DNA of 64,000 bases from Armatimonadota bacterium (GTDB lineage: Bacteria > Armatimonadota > UBA10988): contig JACRKZ010000067.1 of NCBI GenBank assembly GCA_016235455.1, positions 1-64,000 of the forward strand, in the 5' to 3' direction. Position 1 is the first letter of the stretch; every line of letters starts with the position of its first letter. The position numbers and the translations under genes were made by a program. Below the pieces are notes generated by a model. It had not been told where the DNA came from, ran no database searches, and was given only the letters and a program-made list of their open reading frames with translations. Below, one piece after another: positions 25,256-35,900 of this stretch.

Positions 25256-26242
25256 TCAAGCGATCCTTCCGTCGATGTAGCCCGGCCGCAGCCAGGGCGT
25301 CTGCTGCTCGTAACTGACTGCCAGCCGCACCGACTCGCTCAGCGCGTGCCGCTCCTCGTGCGGCATGGGCTTGAAGCCGGTGGCCAGTGCAGCCAGATCG
25401 TCGATGTGCGCGAGGCTGTCCGCGCCGACCAGCACGACGCCCATGCCCGGCAGGCTGAGCGTATAGCGCACCAGGTCCGTGCCCTTGAGGTCGGAGTTGC
25501 GCGCGCCACGCAGCGGCTTGATGGCCACCGCGCCGATCTTCTTCTCGACCAGATGGGGCAGCAACTGATCCTCGGCCACCGGGTCGGGCCGACCCGCGGG
25601 ATAGGGGCAGGTGACGATATCGGGGTCGAAGCGCCGGGCGGCCTCGAGCAGTAACTTGGCGCCCAGGTGGCTGGTCATGCCCCAGTGCCGCAGGACCTTC
25701 TGTTCCTTGAGTTCGCGCGCCGCCTTGACCGCGCCCACCTCCAGCGTGTCGAGTTTGTCACGCATGGTCAGACAGTGCAGGTGGTAGCAGTCCAGGTGGT
25801 CGGTGCCCAGCTTCTTGAGCGTCTTCTCGACGCTCTTCTTGAAGCCGTCATACGAGCGCGCATTGGTCTTGGAGACCATGAACACCTTGTCGCGCACCCG
25901 CGGCAGGATGCCGGCGACCAGATCCTCGCTGAACACGGTCTCGCCGGCCTTGTTCTTGGCCGAGTAGTCGTCGGCGCTGTCCCAGTAGTTGATACCGTGG
26001 ACCTCGATCGCCCGCTGCAACATGGCGGCGGCGCCGTCCCGGTCGTCTTTGAAGGCGCCGCAGAACACGCTGCCCAGGCCAAGCCCGTAGATGCTGACCT
26101 CGCGGCCCGTGCTGCCCAGCAGGTGTCGGTCGACCTGCCCCGCGGCCGGCTCCGCGGCCCGCCCGGCGCCGGGCGCCACGCTCGCGCCGAGCCCGGCCCA
26201 AAATGCCCCGCGCAGGAATCCGCGTCGGTCCGTGCCTTGCAT
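25256..26242 (-). CDS. Aldo/keto reductase with Tat signal
   Basis: DRRGFL twin-arginine motif; GINYWDSADDY, VSKT, LGTDHLDCYHLH. Confidence 0.85.
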   Translation of the reverse strand: MQGTDRRGFLRGAFWAGLGASVAPGAGRAAEPAAGQVDRHLLGSTGREVSIYGLGLGSVFCGAFKDDRDGAAAMLQRAIEVHGINYWDSADDYSAKNKAGETVFSEDLVAGILPRVRDKVFMVSKTNARSYDGFKKSVEKTLKKLGTDHLDCYHLHCLTMRDKLDTLEVGAVKAARELKEQKVLRHWGMTSHLGAKLLLEAARRFDPDIVTCPYPAGRPDPVAEDQLLPHLVEKKIGAVAIKPLRGARNSDLKGTDLVRYTLSLPGMGVVLVGADSLAHIDDLAALATGFKPMPHEERHALSESVRLAVSYEQQTPWLRPGYIDGRIA

Positions 26243-26401
26243 ATCTCGCTCTCCGTGCGTAGTGTCGTCAGGTTGCGGCGTTGGTGTCAAGCTTGGACGA
26301 CACCACGCCTGGAGACTCGACGCTCCGTTGGCGAGATCGGTTCGGTCCCGAGGCAAGTTCGCGCTTCGGCCGGCTCTGCGTCGCACGCCATCGTTGCGAA
26401 A

Positions 26402-26410
26402 TGCTACAAT
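26402..26410 (+). promoter_or_regulatory. Extended -10 promoter upstream of the M6 protease
   Basis: TGCTACAAT about 46 nt before GGAGG-ATG. Confidence 0.45.
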
Positions 26411-26456
26411 GCGGTAGGACCCAAGCGCGACCTGGCGCGAGGCCAGGCGGGGAGGC

Positions 26457-29400
26457 ATGACCATGGTGCAGAGATCGTTGGGGCGTTGGGTGGCAGCCGC
26501 CATTCTGGCCATGTTGACTTGTCTGGCGACAGCCAGTGCAACGGAGGTCCGGTCCTTGCCGCGACCTGGTTGGGCCCGCACCTCGGCCAACGTGGTGCAG
26601 GTCCGTCAGAACGGCTGGCTGGTCGACGTCGTGGGCTTGCCCTCCGACCTGATGCCGCCGCGCCCGGGCACCGACCTGCCGGCCGTCGTGGCGCGCCGCA
26701 TGAAGGCCATCGGCGCCGTGCAGCAGACTCTCCGCCGCCGCACCGCCCGGGCCCCCCAGATCGGCACGCGCCGCGCGGTCTGCCTGCTCATCCAGTACAG
26801 CGACATGGCCGCCACCCTGCCGGCCAGCCACTACGACGATCTGCTATTCAGCCAAGGCACCTACAACGTGGGCGCCGGCAGCATGCACGACTACTACCAG
26901 AAGGCCAGCCACGGCCAGCTGGACTTCACCGGCCAGGTCACAGGTTCGTGGCTGACCGCCTCGCAGACGCACGACTACTACGCCGATGGGCAGTACGGTG
27001 ACGGCACGTTCCCCAAGAACGTCCAGGGCCTGGTGGCCGAAGCCGTGGCACTGGCCGACCCCATCGTCGACTTCAGCCAGTACGACAACGACGGCGACGG
27101 CATGGTGGACAACCTGATGGTCGTCCATGCCGGGCCGGGCGCGGAGTTCACGACCAATGTCAACGACATCTGGTCGCAGTCCTGGGGATTGGACACACCG
27201 GTGATGGTCGACGGCGTCGCCGCCCAGAACTTCATCATCCAGCCCGAGGACGGCGGCGTCGGTGTGTTCTGCCATGAGATGGGCCACGGCCTGGGCCTGC
27301 CCGACCTCTACGACCGCGACAACAGCTCGCAAGGCGTGGGCAACTATTGCCTCATGGCCGGCGGGTCCTGGCTGGGCAGCTCGGGCGGCGTCTACGGCAC
27401 CGACCCCGGCGTCATGTCCGCCTGGTGCCGCGCCGCGCTGGGCTGGGTGACACCGATCAACGTCACCGCCCCACGGCCCGGAACGATCCTCACACCCTCG
27501 GATGTGGGTGGCACACCGGCGCAGGATGTGGTCTACCGGCTCTGGCGGCGGGGCGCCAGCAGCCAGGAGTACTTCCTGGTTGAGAACATGCAGCACAGCC
27601 AGCTGCCCTCGCGCGGGTTGATGATCTGGCATTGCGACGACGCCAACAACGATTACTTCATCCAGAACGACTTCGAGTGGTATCCGGGCCAGCCGACCAA
27701 CCAGCACTATCTGGTCGCCCTGGAGCAGGCGGACGGCCGCTGGGACATGGAGCACAAGCGCAACCGCGGCGACGCCAACGACGCCTATCCTCTGGCGCTG
27801 GCCAGCGCTTTCGACGGCACCACGACGCCGTCCAGCCACGCCTACGACGATTCCGATAGCGAAGTGAAGCTGCAGAACATCCTGCGGCAGGGCGCGAACA
27901 TCCAGCTCGACATGACCCCCACCAACGTGGGGCCGCCGACGCAGATCGAGATCGTTCAGCAGCCCACCACCACCGCGGCGACGCAGCCCATCACGCCCGC
28001 GGTTAGTGTCCGGCTGCTCGACGCGACCGGCACTCTGGTCGACTGGAGCACGCAGAACGTCACGGTGGCCATCCAGAACAACCCCGGTGGCTCGACGCTG
28101 GCGGGCACCACGACCGTCCCGGTGGTCGGCGGTGTCGGCACGTTCGCCAACCTGGCGCTGAACAAGGCCGCCACGGGCTACACGCTGAAGATCTCTTCAG
28201 CCGGCTGCCCCGACGTGGTCAGCAGCGCCTTCGATATCGTGCCCGGCCCCGCGGCCTCGTGCGCCATCGTCGTCGACCCGACCGACGTGGCGGCCGGCGC
28301 ACAGATCAGCCCGCCGGTCGAAGTGCAGCTCTACGACGTGGACAACAACGCGGCCTCGCTGGACAACACCACCGTGGTCTCGGTGCGCATCCAGCCGTCC
28401 TCCAACGCCACCAGCGCCACACTGGGCGGCACGACCAGCGCGACCGCCCGCGCCGGCCGGGTGCGGTTCACCGACCTGTACATGGACAAGGTGGGCACGG
28501 GCTATCGGTTGGAGGCCACCATCAGCGGCGCCACCTCCCAGCCCAGCGCCGTGTTCCGCGTCACCGCCGGCCAACCATCGGCGCTGACCATGGTCACCTC
28601 ACCGGGCGACAGCACCGCTGGCGCGGCCCTGGCACCGACACCGCGAGTGCTCATCACCGACGCTTTCGGCAACGACGCGACCACCGCCACCAACAATGTC
28701 AGCGTGACGGTGGAAGTGGGCAGCGGCACGCCGCCGACCTTGGCCGGCACCGTGACGCGGGCCGCTTCGGCCGGCTTGGCGACTTTCAGCGATCTGGTCC
28801 TGACGCTGGCTGGCTCGGGCTACCAACTGCGCTTCACCTCGCCCGGCTTGACCGACGCGGTCAGCACGCCGTTCGACATCGTGCCTGGCGCCGCGGCCGC
28901 CATGGCCTGGGTGCAACAACCGGTGGCGACGCAGGCCCTGGCGACGATGTCGCCTGGCCCCCGGCTGCAACTGCTCGACGCCTACGGCAACGTCGCCGCG
29001 AACGACAGCGCCACGACCGTGGATCTGACGCTCGGCAGCAACCCGACGTCGGCGACCCTGGCGGGCACCTTGACGGCCACGGCACAAGCCGGCCTGGTCG
29101 CCTTTGGCGACCTCAGCGTGAACCGCGTGGGCACGGGCTACACCTTGCTGGCCAGTTCCACGGGCAAGCCCGCCGTGGCCAGCGAGCCGTTCGCCATCCT
29201 GGAACGCACGCCTGATCCCACCCGATCAACGGTCACCATCAGCCCACCAACCATCGGCATCGACGGCCAGGACGCGACGCTGCACATCGTGCTGCTCGAC
29301 AGCATCGGCTTGCCGGTGCAGGGCTCGCCGCGCGGCGCGCGGAGCCTGGTCGCCAACCCGGCCACGGGCGTCACCATCAGCGACGCCGGCGCGGCCAGCG

Positions 29401-30796
29401 ACGACGACGGCAGGTGCGAGGTGAAGATCCGCTCGACCGTGCCCGGCGGCTACACGGTGGCGCCGCGCATCGGCTCGGTCACGCTGGCCAGCGTGCCTCT
29501 GGTGGTCAAGCAGGTGTTCAGCCAGGACTACGCCGCCGGCCTGCACTGCCTCGGGCTGCCGCTGGACAACACCGACGGCCGGCCGCTGACGGTGCTGGGC
29601 GCCGCGGGCTGGCGCATGGCGCGGTACGACGCGGACAGCAACGCGTTCGTCGCGTTCGGCGAGACCGACAACGACGACCCGCGCTTCTCGTTCGCTCGAG
29701 CGCGCGCACCTTGCGGGTGCTGGGCGAGGTCACGCCCAACCAGCCGTTCGACGTGACCCTGGGCCAGGGCTGGAACTGCCTGGCCAACCCGTTCGACGGC
29801 GTCATGCCGTGGGACTTGAGCGCCATGCAGGTGCTCGTCGGCAACGACTTCGTGCCGCTGAGCAACCCCACCACCTGGGACACCGTGGCCCCCTATGCCT
29901 GGTACTGGGACGGCACGCAGAACCGCCTGGTGTTCGACCCGGCCGTGCCCGCCTTCGCCAACGCGCTGAGCAGTGTGCCCCGCGCGGGTGGCTTGTGGGT
30001 GTGGTGCGCCACGGCCAACACCACGTTGCGCCTGCCGCCGCCGGTGGCTGGCGCCAGCCGCGCCGTGCGTTCGGTAAGCACGCGTGACTGGTCCGTCGCG
30101 CTGACCGCCGTCGGCCCCGACGGCAGCAGTGCCGGCGCATCGGCCGGTGTGTCGGCCGCGCTGAGCCGCGGTCTGCGCATCGCCGAGCCGCCCCGCCCCG
30201 CGGGCAGCGGCGGGGTCAGCCTCGCCGTGCTCGACGGCACCACGCGCCTGGCCGGCGACCTGCGGGCCTGGTCGGCGGGCGCCCAGAGCTGGGACCTGCT
30301 GGTCACCAGCCCCAGCGCGGGCAGCGTCACGCTGACCTGGCCCAGCCTGCTGCGCGGCTTGCCCGGTGGGTTGACCGCCGAGTTGACCGACCAGCAGACG
30401 GGTCGCTCGATCCTGCTCAACACGCTGTCCACCTACCGCTTCACCGCGGGTCGCGCCGGTGAGCAGCGCCGCCTGCGCCTGACGGTGCAGCCCGGCCACA
30501 TCCAGCGCAGCGCGATCACCGCGCTGGGCCTGGTGGGCGGTCGCGCGGCGGGCACCACGGTGGCCATCGGCGTCAGCGGGCCCGCGGACATCACGCTGCG
30601 GGTCAAGGGGCTGGGCGGCCGACTGGTCAAGGAAGTGACCAGCGCGGCCACCGAGGCCGGCACGGTGCAGGTGAGCTGGGACGGCACCGACCAGGACGGT
30701 CGGACCGTACCCGCGGGCACCTACCAACTCGAGGCCACCGCGGTGGCGCCCAATGGCGCTGTGAGCCGCGCGGTCCGCGCCATCACGGTGCGCTGA
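26457..30796 (+). pseudogene. M6 (immune inhibitor A-type) metalloprotease with Ig-like repeats and C-terminal FlgD-Ig domain; frameshift near 29700
   Basis: Signal peptide; DFSQYDNDGDGMVD, CHEMGHGLGLPDLYD, CLMAGGSW, EYFLVEN; four Ig-like repeats; second frame continues TLRVLGE..GWNCLANPF..VSWDGTDQDGRTVPAGTY. Confidence 0.8.
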
Positions 30797-30828
30797 CGAA
30801 AGGAGCAGGTCCGATGAAGGCAACTCAC

Positions 30829-31515
30829 ATGACGCGACGACATAGTGCGCTCCTGGTCCTGGGCGTGGTGCTGTCCGTGCTGGCCGGCGGCTGCGGCTCG
30901 GGCTCGCCCAAGATCGGCACGGTGGCGGGCCGGGTGCTCGACGACCTGGGCGCGCCGGTGGCCGGCGTGCACCTCCTGGTGGGCGCGTCCGCCGGCGACA
31001 CCAACGCGCTGGGCGAGTTCAGCATCGCCGGCGTGAGCACCGGCGCGCACTCGGTATCGGCCACCAAGACCGGCTATACGTTCAGCAGCGCGGCGGTCAC
31101 GGTGACCGGCGGCGGGACGGTCATCGCCACGCTGACCGGTACGCGGGCCAACGACGCGCCGCAGTTGACCGCGCAGGCGGCGCCCGCCACGGTGACCTTC
31201 GTGGGTGGCACGTCGACGCTGACCGTGACCGCCGCGGACGCCAACAGCGACACGCTGGCGGTGACGCTGACCGGCCCCGACGGCGCGGTGGAACTGACCA
31301 GCCTGGGTAGCGGGCAGTACCGCGCGACGGTGCTGCTGCCGGCCAACAACAGCGTGACCGCGCGGACCTACAACTACCAGTTCGCCGCCAACGACGGCCG
31401 CACCACGACGCGGTCCACGGTGACGGTGACGGTCAACGGGCTGGCCACGCCGGGCGATGTGGGCGGTGGCAGCACCCCCGGTGGCGGTGGACCCGATATC
31501 CCCAACATCCGCTAG
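30829..31515 (+). CDS. Lipoprotein with carboxypeptidase-regulatory-like and Ig-like domains (start 30814 or 30829)
   Basis: Lipobox VLAGG-C; VAGRVLDDLGAPVAGV..TNALGEFSI. Confidence 0.75.
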   Translation: MTRRHSALLVLGVVLSVLAGGCGSGSPKIGTVAGRVLDDLGAPVAGVHLLVGASAGDTNALGEFSIAGVSTGAHSVSATKTGYTFSSAAVTVTGGGTVIATLTGTRANDAPQLTAQAAPATVTFVGGTSTLTVTAADANSDTLAVTLTGPDGAVELTSLGSGQYRATVLLPANNSVTARTYNYQFAANDGRTTTRSTVTVTVNGLATPGDVGGGSTPGGGGPDIPNIR

Positions 31516-31523
31516 ACACGCCT

Positions 31524-31560
31524 CGGGGCCGCGGCCATCGGCCGCGGCCCCGTTGCTTTT
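31524..31560 (+). terminator. Intrinsic terminator
   Basis: CGGGGCCGCGGCC-atc-GGCCGCGGCCCCG followed by TTGCTTTT. Confidence 0.75.
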
Positions 31561-31582
31561 GGGGCGGCGCGCGAGCACAGCC

Positions 31583-32953
31583 ATGGCACAGCCGGTGGAT
31601 ATGGCGCGGCGTACGCGCGAGTTGTCCGGGCAACGCTGGGGCATGTTCGTGTGCTGGTCGTTCAGCACGTTCTCGGGCCGCGAGTGGACGGGCGGCGTGA
31701 AGGACGTGCCGTTCTTCCGCGCCACGGGCGTGGACACCGACCAGTGGGCCCGCACCGCACGTGAAGCGGGCATGGGCTACATCCTCTTCCTCACCAAGCA
31801 CCACGACGGGTTCTGCCTGTGGGACACGGCCACCACCGAGCGGCGGGTGACCCGCGCGCCGCTCGGTCGGGACGTACTGGCCGAACTGCGCCGCTCCTGC
31901 GACAAGTACGGCATCAAGCTGGCACTGTACTTCTCCGAGGGCGACTGGACCTGGCCTGGCGCAACCGATGGCGCCGGCGGCAAAGGTGGCAGTTGGCCCG
32001 AGCAGAAGAAGGCCCAACTCCGTGAACTGCTGACCCGGTACGGGCCCATCGAGTACCTCTGGTTCGACCACGCCGTGGGCGACGGCGGGCTCAGCCACGC
32101 CGACACGGTGGCCTTCTGCAAGAGCCTGCAGCCCGGCTGCTTCGTGGGCTTCAACCACGGCGACCAGCAGGGAGCCGATATCCGTCTGGGCGAAATGGGC
32201 CGGCCCGGTCCGCTGGCCGACCAGTCAGCCGCCGGGCCGTACGCCGCCAAGGCCGCCAACAGCTACCGGCTGGCCGAGTTCACCTACCCCATCCTGCCCA
32301 CGCATGAGGGCGGGGCCATGTGGTTCTACTCGCTGCCGCGCCACGACAACCTGTGCCGTGACGCCGCCAGCCTGTATGAGGACTACCTGGGCGCGGTGCG
32401 TTACGGCAATGTGTTTGCGCTCGACGTGGGCCCGGACTACGCCGGCCGGCTGCGCGACATCGACGTGCGTACACTGCGCACCGTCGGCCGCATGATCCGC
32501 GCCGGCGCGAGCCGGCCGGCCAAGCCGCAGCCGCTGTCTGTCGGCTGCCCCGCCACGGCGTCCAGCACCTGGAACAGCCCCGGCTACGAGGCGGCGAAAG
32601 CCTTCGACGGTAGCGACGCCACCCGCTGGGGCGCCGCGCCGGACGCCCGCGCGGGCTGGCTGGCGGTCGACCTGGGCCAGCCGAGGCTGGTCGCGCGGGT
32701 GGTGGTGAAGGAGCTTGGCTTCCACCGCACGCAGCGCTTCGCCATCGAACTCAGCCGCGATGGCTCGATCTGGGAGACGGTCGCCACGGGCGAGACGCTG
32801 GCCGGCACGCGGACCTTCGACTTCGAGCCGCGCCTGGTACGGCGGGTCCGTCTGAACGTCCTGGCCGCCAACGAGGTGCCGACGATTGAGTCGGTTGAGG
32901 TCTATGGTCCCGAGCGCACGGCACTCGTCGGGCGGCAGCGGACGCTGCGCTAG
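31583..32953 (+). CDS. Alpha-L-fucosidase (GH29) with C-terminal F5/8 type C domain; start uncertain
   Basis: WGMFVCWS, DTDQWAR, TKHHDGFCLWDT, ELLTRYGP..WFD; ATASS..AFDGSDATRW..WLAVDLG. Confidence 0.85.
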   Translation: MAQPVDMARRTRELSGQRWGMFVCWSFSTFSGREWTGGVKDVPFFRATGVDTDQWARTAREAGMGYILFLTKHHDGFCLWDTATTERRVTRAPLGRDVLAELRRSCDKYGIKLALYFSEGDWTWPGATDGAGGKGGSWPEQKKAQLRELLTRYGPIEYLWFDHAVGDGGLSHADTVAFCKSLQPGCFVGFNHGDQQGADIRLGEMGRPGPLADQSAAGPYAAKAANSYRLAEFTYPILPTHEGGAMWFYSLPRHDNLCRDAASLYEDYLGAVRYGNVFALDVGPDYAGRLRDIDVRTLRTVGRMIRAGASRPAKPQPLSVGCPATASSTWNSPGYEAAKAFDGSDATRWGAAPDARAGWLAVDLGQPRLVARVVVKELGFHRTQRFAIELSRDGSIWETVATGETLAGTRTFDFEPRLVRRVRLNVLAANEVPTIESVEVYGPERTALVGRQRTLR

Positions 32954-32958
32954 CGGGC

Positions 32959-35900
32959 TCAGTCGTCGAACTCGATCAGCCCGTCAGGCTCTACCGCGCC
33001 GTCGGGGTCAAGCCACTGGGCGAAGCCGTCGATGGCCTGGCGCTTGGTGAGCCGCTGACCCGCCAGTCGCGATCCGAGGGTCCGCAGCGACCGATGGGCC
33101 ACGACGCGCGTGGTCAGGAAGCCGTTGATCAGGTCGATGACACCGAACGGCGTCGCGGCCAGCAGCATGTCCAGCGCGGGCTCGGGCGCGTCGAGGAGCA
33201 CCTCGGCCTGCCGTCGGCGCGGGTCGTCAGGCGGCATGGCGCGCAGCCCGTCGCGCACGGGCACCGCGTGCCCATCCTGGCGCAGTTCGGCCAACAGCGC
33301 CGCGATGCCACGCTCGGCCTCGGCCTGGAGCGCGCTGACGGGCCGCAGAGCCGGCGACTGCCCCAGCACCAACCCGCACTCGTCGCACACGAGGCGCGTG
33401 CGTAGCGTGGCGGCGAGGTCGGCGCGACGGCATTGCTTGACGCGCTCGGCCCGCAACGACGACGCCACCGCGGCCGCGCTGTCGGGCGCGTCGAGGGCGA
33501 GGCGCGACAGGTTGGCCAGCACACGCATATGCGGCCCGGTGCGGAAGGCATCGTAGGGCGCGAAGCGCTCGGCGCCGTGCTGCTCGGCGTGCCACTGGGC
33601 GTACGCCCGCACATAGCGGCGCCGCCAGTCGCCGCAGTCCGCGGGCAGGTCGGCATTGGCCGAGGCCACGGCCTCGCCGGCTGCAAGGCGTGCGAGGAGT
33701 GCTTCGCGCTCATTGGCCAGCGTCGTGCCAGCCGGCAGCTCGGCGGCGCGGAGCAGGCGCTGGGCCTCGATCAGCGCGTCCAGGTCGCTCTCGGCGAAGC
33801 TGACCAGCCGGCGGAACTCAGGCCAGGCCTGCTCGTCCAGGTCGCCCGCCTCGACCACCAGCCGCGCCAGGCCGTCGCGCGCGCTCAGCGCTGGCTCGAC
33901 GAGGAGGGCCAGCCGCAGGATGCGCTCGGCCAGGTCGAGTGTCTCGCGCCACTGCAACGGCTCATGGCCCAACTCGGCCACCGCACGGTCGACCGCACTA
34001 CGCAGGCCGGCCACGCCGGCCTCGGCTGCCGCGCGCCAGGCTACCAGCCGCTCAAACAGCGTCTGCTGCTGCGCATGGCCCAGTTCCGCGAGTTCGCGGC
34101 CGAACACGGCGCGCACCAGTGGCCGTAGCGCCTGTTGACCGGCTTCGTCGAGCAGCGGCGCGTGGCGCACCATGGCCACGCAGGCGCGTAACGGCGACGC
34201 CAGCGCCACGGGCCGGCGGTCGTCGTCGAGCGCTTCCAGATAGCCGCGACGCACTGCCGCGGCGACGAGCAGATCGGCCTGGTCGGTCACCAGGCCGTAG
34301 GACGACTTGGCCAGCCACCGCTCGACAGCGGTCAGTGTCACCGGCCGATCGGGCAGGTATTCGACCAGAGCGCGCGCCGGGCTGTCCTCGGCCAGATGCA
34401 GGCGGTAGTGGCCCTGCTCCCCTTCGGTCAGGCCCAGCGGCTGAGCGAAGTCCTCCACGTCGGCCGCCTGCTCGCCGCCGGGTGAGTCCACCACCTCGCC
34501 GGGCACAATGAACCGGGCGATGAGGCTGTCGGCCACGGCGCGGGTCAGCAGATGCCGCCGGGGAGCCACCGCGGCGAAGGCTGGGAACAGCCGGTCCAGC
34601 GACCAGCCGGCGAGGCGCTCAAGCGACTCACGCCACGAGCCGCCACCCACGGGCGCTGAGCCCCATCGAGCCAGCACGTAGCCGTCGCCATACAGCCGCG
34701 CCATCAGCGCCGCCAGCCGAGCGCGTCGGGCCTCGGCGTCCTCGTCGAGGCGCGAGCGCAGCGGATGGCCGGCCGTGAGCGTGGGATCCCCGCGCACGAG
34801 TTCCAGCGCCACATCCTCGCTCCAGGCGGTCCACTCGGCCTCGGTGGCCTCGCGCGGCACCCAGGCCAGCAGCGACTGCGTCCAGCGCTCGTCGGGCACG
34901 CGAGCCAGCGCCTGGGCGAAGGGCTCCGTCTGCCGGTCCAAGCGTTGGGGCTCGGCGAGGTAGAGGTAGACAGCCTCGTCGAGTTCGGGCCCAGCCAGCA
35001 GGGCAGCCTGGTTGGTCAGTTCGTCGGCCGACAGCGTGGCCAGGTCGCGCAGCGCCACGAACACCGGCCGCGTGGTGTTGCGCCAGACCACTTCGGCCGC
35101 GTGCGGGTGCAGCGCGGTGGCCAGTGGGAAAGCGGCGTCGACGCAGGACTCCACCGCCACGGCCGTCAGGCGACCGTCACCGGGCAGCAGTGTGGCCTGC
35201 ATGGCTCGTGCGCGGCGACGGATGGTCTCGTTGACATCGCAGTCCAGGTCGATGCGTGGCACATCGTTGAAGCGGCCGGGCCGGCGCTCGACGGTGACAA
35301 ACGAGCCGCGCTGGCGCAAGCGCTCCACCAGCGCGGCGACGCGCTCCTCGCGCGCGCCATCGGCCGGCAGCAGCGCCGCGGCCAGATCCTTGATGCCCCG
35401 CTCCACGCCGGCCAGCGCCAGCACCAGCAGCAGCGCCACCAACCGCTCGGCCAGAGGCCGATCGTCGGGCTCGACAACGGTGGGCAGGTTGCGCTGGTAC
35501 CACTCCCAGACCAGCTCGCGGTAGCGCCGCAGCTCGGCATGTTGCGCGATGTCCTTGGCGAAGTGGGCCCACAGCGCGTCGGGCGTGACCAGCGCCGGCA
35601 ACGGCTGGTCGATGACACCGGGCGCCAGCCCGTCGCCGCGCACGCGGGCCACGGCGAACTCCAGCACGCTGCGCGTCTGCGCCAGGAACCGCTCGGCACA
35701 GGCCTCAAGGCAGGTGAACGTCAGCGGGTGCAATGGGTAGACCTCGGCCAGCCGCGCGGCGCTCAGGTCGGCCAGCCGCGCGCCGCCCGTCCAGGCACGC
35801 AGCGTCGTCTCCACGGCGGCCTGGAACGTCGCTTCGTCGCGCCGCGCCAGCACGCGCCGGGCGAGCACGCCGCGCGTCGCGGCCAGAGTGAGCGCCAGGC

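Noticed and set aside
26243-26456. Possible riboswitch in the divergent intergenic region (also 61850-62070)
   Set aside because: I could not match any known aptamer consensus by eye; an Infernal/Rfam search is needed.
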